A DNA stretch of 64,000 nucleotides from Wickerhamiella versatilis (lineage: Eukaryota). The DNA is taken from positions 806,001 through 870,000 of the forward strand of contig JAQOWU010000007.1 of NCBI GenBank assembly GCA_030867685.1, written 5' to 3'. A model generated the notes under the pieces. The model saw only the letters and a list, made by a program, of their open reading frames with translations, was not told the DNA's origin and did no database searches. Made by a program: the position numbers and the translations under genes. Below are positions 42,544-54,700 of this stretch, piece by piece; within the stretch, counting starts at the first letter, position 1, and the number at the start of each line of letters is the position of its first letter.

Positions 42544-45273
42544 TTATATGAGCTTTTGCCAATCCGTGGGTCCAAAGCCTTCTGAGGGGATTGGAAGGCG
42601 ACCTCCACTTTGATGATTGTGAGGATGTTCAGGGCCCCATTTTGCCAATTGGAGAGCAGCGTAGTCGTTGCCATCCTCAGTTGAAAGAGATTCACCCCAC
42701 CAACTTACACCAGCAATGTGGTGATATGCTGTGGCGAAAAACATAAACAGCGCCGAGAACGAGTAGCCCACACTAACAGCTGCATAGGCAAGGTAGTTAT
42801 ACTTGCTCCACCACCGCGGGTAATGATCCTTGATGAATTTCGAAATACCTGACTGCCACATGTACGGAGTTGCCGTGTAAGCCATGTTGAGAGGGGCGTA
42901 GTTCAGTACACCATACATTACCACTAATTCGTTGGTGTTCTTTAGCCACCTGAAATCCATGAATTTACGTACAATCACGTTCCTCTCCTTGTTCTCCGGC
43001 TTCTCTATCCAGCGATTGCCGTAGGGGACTAAGAAACGACGGGCAGCCCAAATAGGAATTGGAATGAATGCGCCAATCAAGAATGTCCACTTCATAGACT
43101 TATAAAGATGCTGGAAAAACCAGCGTGGTCCAATAAATCCCAGCATAACTGAAGCATTGAAATATGTACGGATATCGTTGCACGTGAACTGCTCACGGTT
43201 CTCCGGGCCACACATGTCCCGCTTTGGATCCATGGGTCCATTAGGATCACCGAGACCCATTCCATTAGATTGCCAAGTTGTCAGTCCAGCCTGGACAAAG
43301 GAGTTGCAGATCAGGGTGATAAACTGAACGCGGAACATCGACCATGGTGCAATACCAGCATAATGACCCGTCTTCTGGCTCGAGATATAGCTATCCGTTT
43401 GGATCATGAAATTAGTGCCGTAAACTTTGGAGATCTGTAGAGCGTTTCCGTTGTGCTCACATGCCAACCCAATTACGATTTCGTACAACACATTGATAGT
43501 AATCTGGACATACGTCTTCGCATAAATGGCACCAGCCGGCACCATGAAAAACGCACTCAACCCCAGGGCAAAAAAGATTGTCCACACAGGAGTATTCGTG
43601 AATGAGTAGTGCTCCACACAGGCGATTGCCAAAGCTAGGGTAATAACGAGAGCGATAAGGAAGACCCATTCGGGAACTTCTTTATGCTTACGCTGCGCAC
43701 GCGAAAAACGGTCATCGAAGCTCTGCAAAGCAGCTTTGGGATTTACTATCGTCTTCACAAAAATCTTGAAAGACCTCAAAATCGTCATTCCCTGGTTTAA
43801 GATAGCATACATAACCAGAGCTGGATACACCATGAAAAATGCACCGTATACTGCGAGGTTTCCAGCGGTCCAAAAGGGGAAGCCATATTTTTCGAAACCC
43901 TCCGGACTAAACTGATGTTGGTCATCGAGAATATTAGCGACCTCATAAGTAGTTCCATTTCGGGTATACAGTGTGTTGGTGTTGATGGGTAAATACCCAG
44001 TCCACTGAACATTCGTAAACCACATTATAATAATGGCAAAACCACCAATAACAGTTCCGATGTAGTTGTTAAGCACGGAAAAAAAGGGTTGGACGACCCC
44101 AACAATACCTGAGGTCATTGAAGGGTCAAAGGTAGGGACAGGATTGAGGAACGCAAGGCCACTGCTAGCGGTAGAGGTTATTGCGACATTGTATAGATCA
44201 TTAGGAGCTATAGCTGTCATCCAATCGAATTGTTCCAGGAAATCGAAAAGAAAGTCAGTGATCCAGTACCACCCGAATTCAAGCCACGCAATGATCCAGA
44301 AAAACTCCCAGCCTCGCAATTTCCAACCATTTGCATTCTCCCGCTTGACACCTACCTCTTCAGTAAGAGCTCGGGAAAGAGCAAGATTAGGCAAAACGCT
44401 GAACCAAATGTATTCCGCGGGATAAATTAGGAACGTCCGGAACGTTCCAGCCAGGCCAAATCCCATAAGATTTGAACTCAGGGTGAGCAAAATGGCAAAC
44501 CCAAATGCTCCCTTGGCCTCGTCGTAGTCGTAAAAGTATTTATTAGCCATAGCCAAGATTGCATCCTGAGCGTATGCAGACTGGTCGCCCGTTACAACGC
44601 CAATTGACGCCAAAACTTGTTCTTGGTAGTTGAAACGGTGGGGGTCATTGATCCAGAACTTACGTCCTTTGCCAAGGGGAATTCCGAATGCTGGTAGTCT
44701 CGCCAAGAGACGCGCAGAATACGCAACAAGCATTTGAATTGCTACACTGTTGATCTGGATTGCGGGGAAACGAACGGCAAAGAAAGTTGCCAGACACGAT
44801 CCTGCACAGCCCCATAATATAGACAACAAGTATACGCGGAATGTTTCGTAATTTCCCTCATATGGCTCCTCAATTGGCTTGGTCACAGCTCTAACGTAGG
44901 GGTAGATTGACCAATCCTTGACCAAGAATGCATCAAACTTCACTGCCAATTCCCATTCCTCACGCGAACGGCCTTCGGGGGTACCTTCCAGCAAAATCAC
45001 GAAACGGGCCCTGTCTTGCACATCGAAATTCTCGTCAAATTCGTGCTCCTTGAGAGCATCCCTGAGGATCTGAAGACACTCATCTACATCACGGTCATCA
45101 ATGTGCTCAATTATAGTCTCCATATCTTCCTCATTAATGGAATCACCACCGAACCGGCGTAACGTATCCATCACATCATCCCCTAGCTCGATATCTTGCT
45201 TCTCTTGACTTGTGACTGGGTCCTTGACCAGCTCCTTCTCACCAGAGGAAGGCGCACTTCCCGAGTCCGACAT
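42544..45273 (-). CDS. Oligopeptide transporter, OPT family
   Basis: SIYPYVRAV (SPY-like), ETFRVY, GFGLAG..R.FL.YP, HKEVPEW, KTGHY.GI.P and WWSKYNY motifs; many TM helices. Confidence 0.93.
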   Translation of the reverse strand: MSDSGSAPSSGEKELVKDPVTSQEKQDIELGDDVMDTLRRFGGDSINEEDMETIIEHIDDRDVDECLQILRDALKEHEFDENFDVQDRARFVILLEGTPEGRSREEWELAVKFDAFLVKDWSIYPYVRAVTKPIEEPYEGNYETFRVYLLSILWGCAGSCLATFFAVRFPAIQINSVAIQMLVAYSARLLARLPAFGIPLGKGRKFWINDPHRFNYQEQVLASIGVVTGDQSAYAQDAILAMANKYFYDYDEAKGAFGFAILLTLSSNLMGFGLAGTFRTFLIYPAEYIWFSVLPNLALSRALTEEVGVKRENANGWKLRGWEFFWIIAWLEFGWYWITDFLFDFLEQFDWMTAIAPNDLYNVAITSTASSGLAFLNPVPTFDPSMTSGIVGVVQPFFSVLNNYIGTVIGGFAIIIMWFTNVQWTGYLPINTNTLYTRNGTTYEVANILDDQHQFSPEGFEKYGFPFWTAGNLAVYGAFFMVYPALVMYAILNQGMTILRSFKIFVKTIVNPKAALQSFDDRFSRAQRKHKEVPEWVFLIALVITLALAIACVEHYSFTNTPVWTIFFALGLSAFFMVPAGAIYAKTYVQITINVLYEIVIGLACEHNGNALQISKVYGTNFMIQTDSYISSQKTGHYAGIAPWSMFRVQFITLICNSFVQAGLTTWQSNGMGLGDPNGPMDPKRDMCGPENREQFTCNDIRTYFNASVMLGFIGPRWFFQHLYKSMKWTFLIGAFIPIPIWAARRFLVPYGNRWIEKPENKERNVIVRKFMDFRWLKNTNELVVMYGVLNYAPLNMAYTATPYMWQSGISKFIKDHYPRWWSKYNYLAYAAVSVGYSFSALFMFFATAYHHIAGVSWWGESLSTEDGNDYAALQLAKWGPEHPHNHQSGGRLPIPSEGFGPTDWQKLI

Positions 45274-48200
45274 AGTGTGCTAGAGCTTGGATGAAAAAAC
45301 TCTAAAAAAAAGGAAGTGGGAGCTAATTATAATAAGCTTCTGCGATCACCTAACCCACCCTTACCCACATCGTATGCATGAGAACTCGGTATATGCCGGC
45401 CAAATCGAGGCTGGAGGGGCTTTAGCCATGTATCTATGTCTTAATTTAAAACCTGATCGAATAATACTCTAGAAAGACTTCTCCGGGGACCTGGCGTATT
45501 TTCCGAAAAAAACGAGATATATTGTTATCAATGATTACGTACGTTTTGCGTATAACCCTACCCTTCACTGGAGCTAATGTTCTGTCGATACCCCCGCCGC
45601 TTGCCAAATGGCAGGGGTTCTAGTCAAAGATTAGATCACGTTTTATTTAGACCAAATCGGCTCTCTTTAGCATTTTGCCTCTCTATGAAGAGCGTTATTC
45701 AATCCAGGATGCTGCATTTTGTGTTCGTAATATGCACGTACACATGCAGCTTGGTGATGGTTTTTTGATTGACTAAGACACTGTCAAGGGGTGAATTCGC
45801 GAGACGCTAGGCTGGTTTGGGGGTCATTTTCACTTGACGAAACGCAAACCCCATGCTTTATTAACATGGCGCTTGAAATATTTAAATGAGCAGTGCCTTA
45901 TGCCACAGCCCCACCTGGTTACAGCATCCGACTGTGACTCTGACGCAAGGGTGGTGGAACAGGTGGCTGTACTGGCTGATATCCAGGCTCGACAATTTGT
46001 TTTTCTTCTGGCTCTCTAGGCACTCCGTATTGTGGAATCCTTCCAAGACCAGAGTGCTTTCAGTACACATTTTGCAAATATTAGAAACACTACGTTTTCA
46101 GGACCTTCGACATTATATTATATTCGTATACGTTTCTCTTAGACCTTCTGAGCTCAAGTTTTGTAAAATAAAGACGTAGTCACCACAGCCCAGTCCTTTT
46201 TTTGGCATCAACAATGAGGGAGATGAGTATCAGTAACAGATATCAACCCTTACCGTAGATCTCTGCCCTTACCCGTAATACCCTAATTTATGTCGGAACG
46301 CTATAACCGAATGTCACTAGCAATTTTCTGGTGCTTATTTTTTGGGGGCACAATTTTATAGCTCTATATAAAATATGGTGGTGGCCCACGCCCATGCACA
46401 TCACAAGCAGGCAGTAGGGTTATTGCTTTTATTAACCGGTGATGAACGGAAGGTGTTACTCACGAGACCTTTATAACGAAAATATTCCGCTGACCATTCT
46501 TCGCAGAATACCCAACATGCTATACTCCCATCAGTTATTGAAAGAATTTGGCATGGCCCAGGATGCGGCATGATTCCCGATTCCGTGACCACTGGGTGCT
46601 CTCACGTTATCATCAACCGTAGTAATCATGGCGTCATAGATTTTCCTTTGCTCAGGGATGAAACAGTCGTACACTATCGTGGAGAGCAACCTAATTATTA
46701 TCTGCCAGATAATGAGGGTTTGCTATTGCACCTGAGCGCCCTGAAGATGATGATCGTTGCATAGACATAGACATAGGCGAAGGCATACTCATAGAAGAGT
46801 GCTAGGTTTACAAAATTATACTAAACGGTTTTTCCTTGATTACCTGGGCTCTTATTGGTGGAACTTAGTGCAGGCCTTCTGAATGACGTCTAGCACATTC
46901 CCTCGAAAGGACTATATATGCCATTCAGAGTTCAAATTGCACGAATGCGCCAGAGAAAAATATGTAAGTTTTCGGTTGGCAGTACCAAATTAGTGGATCG
47001 GCAAATATGCCTCTCGCGATGTACGCGAAGTGAGCAATGAGACGCTCCTTGAGCTATGGACGTTTTCTAGGATGAGAACCCAACCTAATTGTGGTCAATT
47101 CCCATACAGCAAGCAAATTTTATTGATTCTCTTTTTTGTTTCACTTGGAGCTTGACTCAGACTGAGACATGTTTTGATCATGGAGCCATTTATTTGGGTG
47201 GCTAATACACTACAAAAAAAGCCCTTTTTGGTGGCACTTGGTTGATCATGGTAACCAAAATATCTAATAAATATACTGTAGCATTTTCTGGCCGCATCGA
47301 CAGTGTTCGTCTAATTGTGTGATTCAAGTTAAGGAACTTAATTACTTTACATAATTTTACACATCGAAATCAGATGAAACTGCTATTGGTGAGAATGACA
47401 TTGTAACTGTACATGAACATGTAGTTGAATCCAATATATTTTCACTAAAATAACTCTATGTACTTATACTCAAAGTTACTTGCTATATGCCTCATTTCAC
47501 CACTATCAAGACACCAAGACGTAATCCTAGGAGAAATCTCGCTTACATCTCGCGGAAAAGATGATTTAGGAAAGAAATATTTGCATTATTTGCACCACTG
47601 CTACGGTTCTTAGATGGCGCAGTGTCGCTAGACTTAGCCATGCCATGCAGCTGGACCTCTATATCACGTGATATATAGAACCTAGCACATGTTGGGCTTC
47701 GTCTCACATATGACCTCATATATGCTGTGGATATAATGAGATAGGCGGAAATTAATGACTACAGTACCAGCCGGCAGAGGGGGGAAGGGGGGAAGGGGGG
47801 TCCAACAAGTTACTATTTCTGGAGTAAGACTGATTCTGTACTTACAGTAATTTAAGGAGGGGAGGGAATCAAACCTACCTTAGCACTCAAGATAATAGAT
47901 CAGAGTAAAAGTTTTCTTCTCACTTCTATAATGTGATGCAAGTCTCTAGTAAACAGCAACTTGAAGACCACCCAGAATCAGTTAAGGCAAGGCTACAATG
48001 CACCTAGTTGTACCGAGCTGAGTAGCCGAGGCGGACTATTTTTCTGGTCTCTTCTTTCCTGACTGCAGAGGCAAGGAAATATAACAGAGACTTGAGACAC
48101 TAGCAGTAGGTGTGCTTGTTTATGGTATGAATAGCCCCATTTCTTACTGCATATGAGTATATTATGAGAGGTTGGATAGATGATCTGCACGTGAAATGCT

Positions 48201-48763
48201 AACAATTATGAAAATATTTGAAATTCACAATAATTTCTAGTGACTAGAATCCCTCAGACCCTCAGATCCAGACGGCGCTAGTCAGGGTAGGGGTAGGGTG
48301 CTTAAAGATGGCGTTACGTCTGTGCCTGTACCTAAGACATTTCATTCGAGTGGGAATATCGCACAGGTAGCTATCAGTAGTAACAAGAGACTTAAATAAA
48401 ATAAATTTGGGGTATTATTTCTTTTTGCCACCAAAATTGCAGTCCGTAGGGTGCAGGCTCATATGCCTCAAATGCAAACCAGCATGATCATGATAACCCT
48501 CGCCCTATGCCTGCAGTCGTATATGGATCGCCATTTGATCAGCCCCAATTCTTCAGTGATAATTAAAAGATTTGAATAAAAAATAACAATAGCTACTCAG
48601 AAAACTTTTTTTGGTTGCCAGTGCTCTTCTTAAGCACATTTGATGGAGCATGGGACCTGCCCTTTGTAGCGCCGTGTGCGTTGAGATTTTTTACTAATTA
48701 TCCTATTAAAGAAAGAAGAACATAACCTCACCAGCTAACATTAAACTGTCAATAGTCAAATTT

Positions 48764-50737
48764 ATGTTTGGAATTCATTGGGTGCTGCTAGCTCTGCCGT
48801 TAGTGTCTGCAGGGACCAGAACAATCCTCCCTCCATCGAGCTTCGAGGACCAAAGCTCTTTGGAGAGGTATTTCAACTACAATTATCGCTGGGGACCTAC
48901 CCACAATGGTGACTCTTATATGAAACCAGATCATGTAAAAGCTGAGGATGGCATATTGACATTGACCGCTAATCATACGGACCAGACAATCTGGGTCGGA
49001 CCTCATGACAACGCAAAAGGCTACAACTGGATCGCAGGAACAGTAAACTCCAAGGCACAATTCAATGTGCCCGAGGGTGGAGGGTACAATGTCAGTGTTG
49101 ATGTCAAAGTTCCGGGCTTGACCACAGGAATGTGGCCCGCTTTCTGGCTGGAGCCCAGTGGCACCTGGGATCAGGAGATGGATCTTGCGGAGTTCAGGTT
49201 TGGCAAAATCATGATGAATACTTACGATCATTACACGGGTTCATATGGCCGGTGGGACTCCTATACTGCGGACTTTCCCAACCCCGACGTGTTCCATACC
49301 GTTTTCTGTCAAGTTGAAGATGCAGGCAATGGTGATGCCACGCTTACGTTCTATATTGATGGAAAGTACCAGACAGCACAATCTTGTACTGGGTGTAGGA
49401 GCGAAACCATGTACCTCATCATTGACTTTCAAATGGGAGGTGACGGTGGGCAAATTCCCGATGGATTGGAAAGTGCTTATTTCTCTTTGCGAAATCTCAA
49501 CATTGTTGAATACGGTCCTTCAATCGAGCCAGCGACCACGTCATCATCCAGCACAACCAGCACTTCCGTCCGCTCGAAGACATCATCTACTTCGTCAAGT
49601 GAGCTTTCAACTTCAGCACCTAGCTCCACCAGTACATCTACCAGTGCAGGATATTCTACGTCTTCACAAGCTGTGATATCGTCAAGCAGTGTTGTGGCTC
49701 CGACATCTACGTTGACTAGCTCCACCGCATCCATCAGCACAGGACTCTCTTCTCCTTCAAAATCTGTCACACCGTCAAGCAGTGCTGTGACTTCAACGAC
49801 TGGCCCACTTAGCCCAACTATTAATTCCGAAAGCTTAAGCCCCTCCTCTTCCAACTCGAAGTTCGTAACTCCTTCAAGCAAGAGGTTGACATCTGTGGTA
49901 CCCAGCCCGATCCCGAGTCTCACCAGCCCATATAATGTCCATTCTCTAACATCTTCAACCGGTCTTTCGGTTCCAGTATCCACGACAGTTAGCACAAGGT
50001 TGTCTCATTCGGGATTCTTTAATACCACCAGTCTATTATCAGACACTTCTACAGTCAGCTCGGTGACATCGACATCTTTGACCTCGTCAGAATCAGAATC
50101 GGGTTTGGGCAGTTTAGGTGCTCAAACATCCGCTACTGTGACAGGATTGTCTACTACTACCTCTAATTACTTGGATACTTCAGGATCCTGGGTGTCTCCT
50201 ATACTCCCAGAAACTTCCACAAAATCTCGGTCATTCACATCTACCGCTGAGTCGAGTTTTAGTTCTACCCAACCAACTCGCCCCGGGTCAGGATCGGGAA
50301 CTCCAGCTTCGGGATCTGGAATTCCTGCACCAATTACAGCTAATACTGGCAACTCGCCATTTTATAGTACAGTAACTGGACCAGGAACAACATTGGCTAC
50401 AGGAACAGAGCTGCTCACTTACTATACGACATACTGTCCTTCCCCTACAACGTTCACCTATGGATCTTCAACGTACAGAGTATCAGCGCCTACAACATTG
50501 ATCCTTCCAGGTACAGCTAGTGCCCAAGCGAAGACTGAAGCCTATACAGAGACTTCACAGAATACAGATACTTCTTTCAGTGCTTCTTCAGGCCCCTCGA
50601 GCACCTCTGCTTCGAGAATTGCTCCCTTTTTCAGTAGTGAAACCTCTCTTGCGGTTGCTAATGCTGCTGAAAAATCGGGTCCTTTTGCTGGCACCTGCAC
50701 TCTAGGCGCATTGGCTGTTGTGTTGCTTCTTTTATAG
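48764..50737 (+). CDS. GPI-anchored GH16 glycosidase (endo-beta-1,3-galactanase-like) with Ser/Thr stalk
   Basis: Signal peptide, Y.WG.THNG, GMWPAFWL, catalytic EMDLAE and LIIDFQMGG motifs, then an S/T stalk, one TTYCPSPTTFT module and a hydrophobic C-terminus. Confidence 0.85.
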   Translation: MFGIHWVLLALPLVSAGTRTILPPSSFEDQSSLERYFNYNYRWGPTHNGDSYMKPDHVKAEDGILTLTANHTDQTIWVGPHDNAKGYNWIAGTVNSKAQFNVPEGGGYNVSVDVKVPGLTTGMWPAFWLEPSGTWDQEMDLAEFRFGKIMMNTYDHYTGSYGRWDSYTADFPNPDVFHTVFCQVEDAGNGDATLTFYIDGKYQTAQSCTGCRSETMYLIIDFQMGGDGGQIPDGLESAYFSLRNLNIVEYGPSIEPATTSSSSTTSTSVRSKTSSTSSSELSTSAPSSTSTSTSAGYSTSSQAVISSSSVVAPTSTLTSSTASISTGLSSPSKSVTPSSSAVTSTTGPLSPTINSESLSPSSSNSKFVTPSSKRLTSVVPSPIPSLTSPYNVHSLTSSTGLSVPVSTTVSTRLSHSGFFNTTSLLSDTSTVSSVTSTSLTSSESESGLGSLGAQTSATVTGLSTTTSNYLDTSGSWVSPILPETSTKSRSFTSTAESSFSSTQPTRPGSGSGTPASGSGIPAPITANTGNSPFYSTVTGPGTTLATGTELLTYYTTYCPSPTTFTYGSSTYRVSAPTTLILPGTASAQAKTEAYTETSQNTDTSFSASSGPSSTSASRIAPFFSSETSLAVANAAEKSGPFAGTCTLGALAVVLLLL

Positions 50738-51790
50738 ACTAATATCACAAGTTTTCTCGTAACTGGAAATCTTTTCAATGGATTATCGATATCTCTTAAT
50801 TTTGTAACTAAAGTTATCCTCGTTTTGTGCTTACTTGTGTAGTTTCTCATTGTTCGATCGAAAACAAATTTGAGATTATACACAATAACAAGGCATTTCA
50901 GGAAAGGCAAGCTCCCAAATTTTATACTTACGCACATATTATGACCTGTAACGTCATTACTAGTGTGTAAGCTATAATCCTGCAATGACGGGCTTTCCGA
51001 AGGACGGATGCGCGAATAAATAATTTCTATGTTGATACATGTAGTCAAGTTTGAGGAATCTTTGCATTTGAAACAAACTGTCAATCTATATATTTCTCAA
51101 AATAAAACTCGGATGACTTTGTTGGTTTAGGCTAATTGATCGGCGCGTGGTTCCAAGCCCTTGCCCAGAACTTCCAATTCAGATACGTCCGCGATTTCGC
51201 TATAATCCCGCCGTAGAGTCGGCCAAAAAGAGCACGAAAGGGACTTGAAATTACATATATATAGAATCAGAACCTAGTTGAAAAGCCATCATAAAGACCT
51301 ACTCCCGAGATTCAGATGCTCTTTGTTACAAACAATTCTCAAGGGCACGGGCCAAGGTGGGTATATCTATGGTGCTGCCAAGGGATGGCTCCCCTGTGAG
51401 AATAAAGTCGAAATCGATAAGCTGTTGAACACTAAATTAAGAACTACGAGACGAATGAGCAATACATTATACGCAGAAAAAAAATCAATAAGATGGCACA
51501 CCACTATTCACAAGTCATTAGGTAACACGATCTGGACATCAGGTGTATCAGGATACCGGTTAAAGTGCGGTGACGTCGATCATTAGAAAACCTATATGAG
51601 AGAAAGCGGTAAAAAACAGAATCATCCTCTTGATTGGCCAATCAAGACACTAATGCTCGTTAACCCCGGATACCAACCTGCTTACCAGAGTACGGCCCGA
51701 ACATAATATAACACTACCTGCATAAATACAGAATTTTTTACTAATTTACTATTAAAGGGCCCGAGGCGCTCGTGATTTACTGTATCACAT

Positions 51791-54700
51791 ATGCTCAATT
51801 ATATGCCAGAGTTTTATTGGCTACCGCTAGTGCTACCACTAGTTTCTACTGTATCTGGGACACTTATGCCCGCTTCAAGCTTCGAAGTGAAGGAAGAAGG
51901 CCCAATCGAAAAGTACTCAGGTGATTATCACCACTGGAGTCTCTCTCAGAATGGACAGGTATATATAAAGCGTGAAGAATATCACACTCTCGTACCAACT
52001 GGAGAGGACATGACCATGCCGGTGCCCACATCAGCGATTAGTTCAATCAGTTCAAATGGGAGCGCTCCTAGCACCTTGAACGGAACAAGCACCCTTTCAG
52101 TGCCCGTATACGCTAGCTCGGAAGCTTCAAGAGTATCAGAGTCATCATCAGGCTTGTCGTCAGGTTCCATCTATACAGGCTCAGTATCATCCAGTTCAGG
52201 TGAAATACCCGTAACAACATCTAATGCAACTTTGCTAACGTCCAATTCTGGGTCGATAGGAACTGCATTGAATCCTACCAGCTCCTCTAATACGTCCTTG
52301 CCATCATCTAACCCTGAATCTTCGGAAACAGAACTGTATCCCACAAGCTCTCCCAATACGAGTTTCACAACTTCACAACCTCTCTCATCCAGGTCAGGAT
52401 CTGCTCCTATAAGTCCTCTTAATACAACTTTGGCAACTTCTGGTACTTTGTCAATTGGAACAGGATTACCATCTACAGGTAGTAACTCAACGTCGCCAAC
52501 TTCTAGCCCAGTATCAAGAGACGGGGCTCCTACGAGCTCCACTAATACGAGTCTGACCCCTTCAGGTACTATTTCATCTGGAGCAGGATTGGCCCCAACT
52601 GGGTCCACTAATACAACACTTACAGACTCAGGTTCTGTGTCACCTGTGACAGGATTATCATCCACAGGTATCAACTCTACATTACCAAGCTCTGACCTTG
52701 TATCGGTAGGAACCAAAGAAACTCCTATAAGCACCTTGAACAGGACCCTGAGAGCCTCAGATTCCGCAACCCCTCAAACTGGATTGTCTTTCACAGGCTC
52801 TGGTAATACAACCTTGCCAACTTCGGGTCCAATTTCTCCCGGAACTGAAGCGACTCATACAAATTCTTTCAACAAGACACTGGGAACTTCAGACCTTAGT
52901 TCACCCAAGACAGGCTTGGCCTCCACAGGCTCCACTAATACAACTTCAGCAACTTCGGCTCCTGTATCTGGCCCTATATCACATGGTGCAAGTGTGTCTT
53001 TGAATGCCTCATCGCAAGTTACTAGGATTAGTGGCTCTGACTTTATCACCAGTTTCCCATCTCCTTCCCTTAATACATCGATCAGCTCTGGCGAAGCTGG
53101 TGTGCTAAGTAATTCTACTTTCGCAGGACTAAGCGCTGTATCTACTGAAGCAGGAGCCACTGCGTCCGAGGGACTACCGATTTCCGGTGCTGAAACCAGG
53201 TCAGGCTCACCAGGAACTAACGGAACAACCACCTATTATACTACCTACTACCCTTCTCCTACAACATTTACATATGGGTCTTCCACTTACACTGTATCAG
53301 GACCCAAGACATTGACTCTCCCAGGAACTGCTGGATCTGGCGGGTTGTCCAACTCGGAAACAGAGGGAGGATTGATCACAAGCTCAGGTATTTCAGCGAC
53401 TGCCGGGGCAGGAGAAACAGGATCAGGCACTCCAGAAGGTAGTGGATCAGGAGCACTGGTATCAGGAGCCACTTGGTCTGGAAGATCGCCAATATTTGGC
53501 ACAGGTAATGGCAATGGTACTGGTTCTGGGTCTGAGTTCACGGGAAAAGATGGCCACACCTACTACACTACTTACTGTCCATCGCCTACAACATTTACAT
53601 ATGGATCTTCCACTTATACCGTGTCTGGACCCAAGACATTGACTCTCCCAGGAACTGCTGGATCTGGCGGGTTGTCCAACTCGGGAACAGAAGCAGGATT
53701 GATCACAAGTTCGGGTATTTCGGCTATTGCCGGGGCAGGAGAAACAGGATCAGGTACACTAGAAGGTAGTGGATCAGAAGCCACTTGGTCTGGAAGATCG
53801 CCAACATTTGGAACAGGTAATGGTACTGGTTCTGGGTCTGAGTTCACGGGAAAAGATGGTCACACCTACTACACTACTTATTGTCCTTCGCCTACGACGT
53901 TTACACATGGATCTTCGACTTACACCGTGTCTGGACCCTCAACGTTGACTCTCCCAGGAACTGCTGGCTCTGAGGGCGAGCCCGAGTCGAGTCCTAAGGC
54001 AAGCTCAGGCATTTCAGAAACATCAGATTCAGGTGCATCAGTATCAGTAAGTTCTGGCTCTGGAGAAGCGGAGTCAGGCTCGCCGGAAGCGACTGGTTCA
54101 GGAACTTTCGGCTTAGGAGTGACGGGACCGGGAGCAAAGGGATCAGGTGCACCTGAGGCCACTGGCTCAGAAGCATCAGTATCAGGTAGTGTTGGCTCTG
54201 GAGAAATGGGATCAAGTGCAGAATCTACAGGTTTGGGAGCTTCAGGATCAGCTACGCCCGAGGGTACTGGCTCAGTAGCTTCAGGGTCAGGAGTGACGGA
54301 ATCAGGAGTAGAAGGATCAGGTACACCTGAGGCTACTGGCTCAAGAGCGTCAGAATTAGGAGTATCTTGGTCCGGAATATCACCTGGTTCTGGGTCTGGT
54401 TTTACTGGAACAGATGGCCACACCTACTATACCACTTACTGTCCATCGCCTACAACATTTACATATGGATCTTCGACTTATACTGTGTCAGGACCCTCAA
54501 CGCTGACTCTCCCAGGCTCTGATGGCTCTGGAGGGGTGCCCAATTCAAGTCCTAAGACAGGCACAGGCATGCCAGACGCAACAGGATCAAGAACCTTAGG
54601 AGCTGCAGGACCAGGAGAAACGGAGTCTGACACTCCGGAAGCAACGGGTTCAGAGGAGTCAGACTCAGGTGCTGCTTGGTCTGGAGGATCGCCAACATCT

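Noticed and set aside
46510-46675. Minus-strand peptide PEQRKIYDAMITTVDDNVRAPSGHG resembling the start of a Helitron/Pif1 helicase
   Set aside because: No GKT/S Walker A and no later helicase motifs in any frame; too short to support a mobile element.
48279-48300. TAGTCAGGGTAGGGTAGGGT as an interstitial telomeric repeat or telomerase template
   Set aside because: Only about three short units, and this species' telomere repeat is unknown.
51278-51586. 102-aa TTG-start ORF between the cell-wall paralogs
   Set aside because: Non-ATG start and no family similarity.
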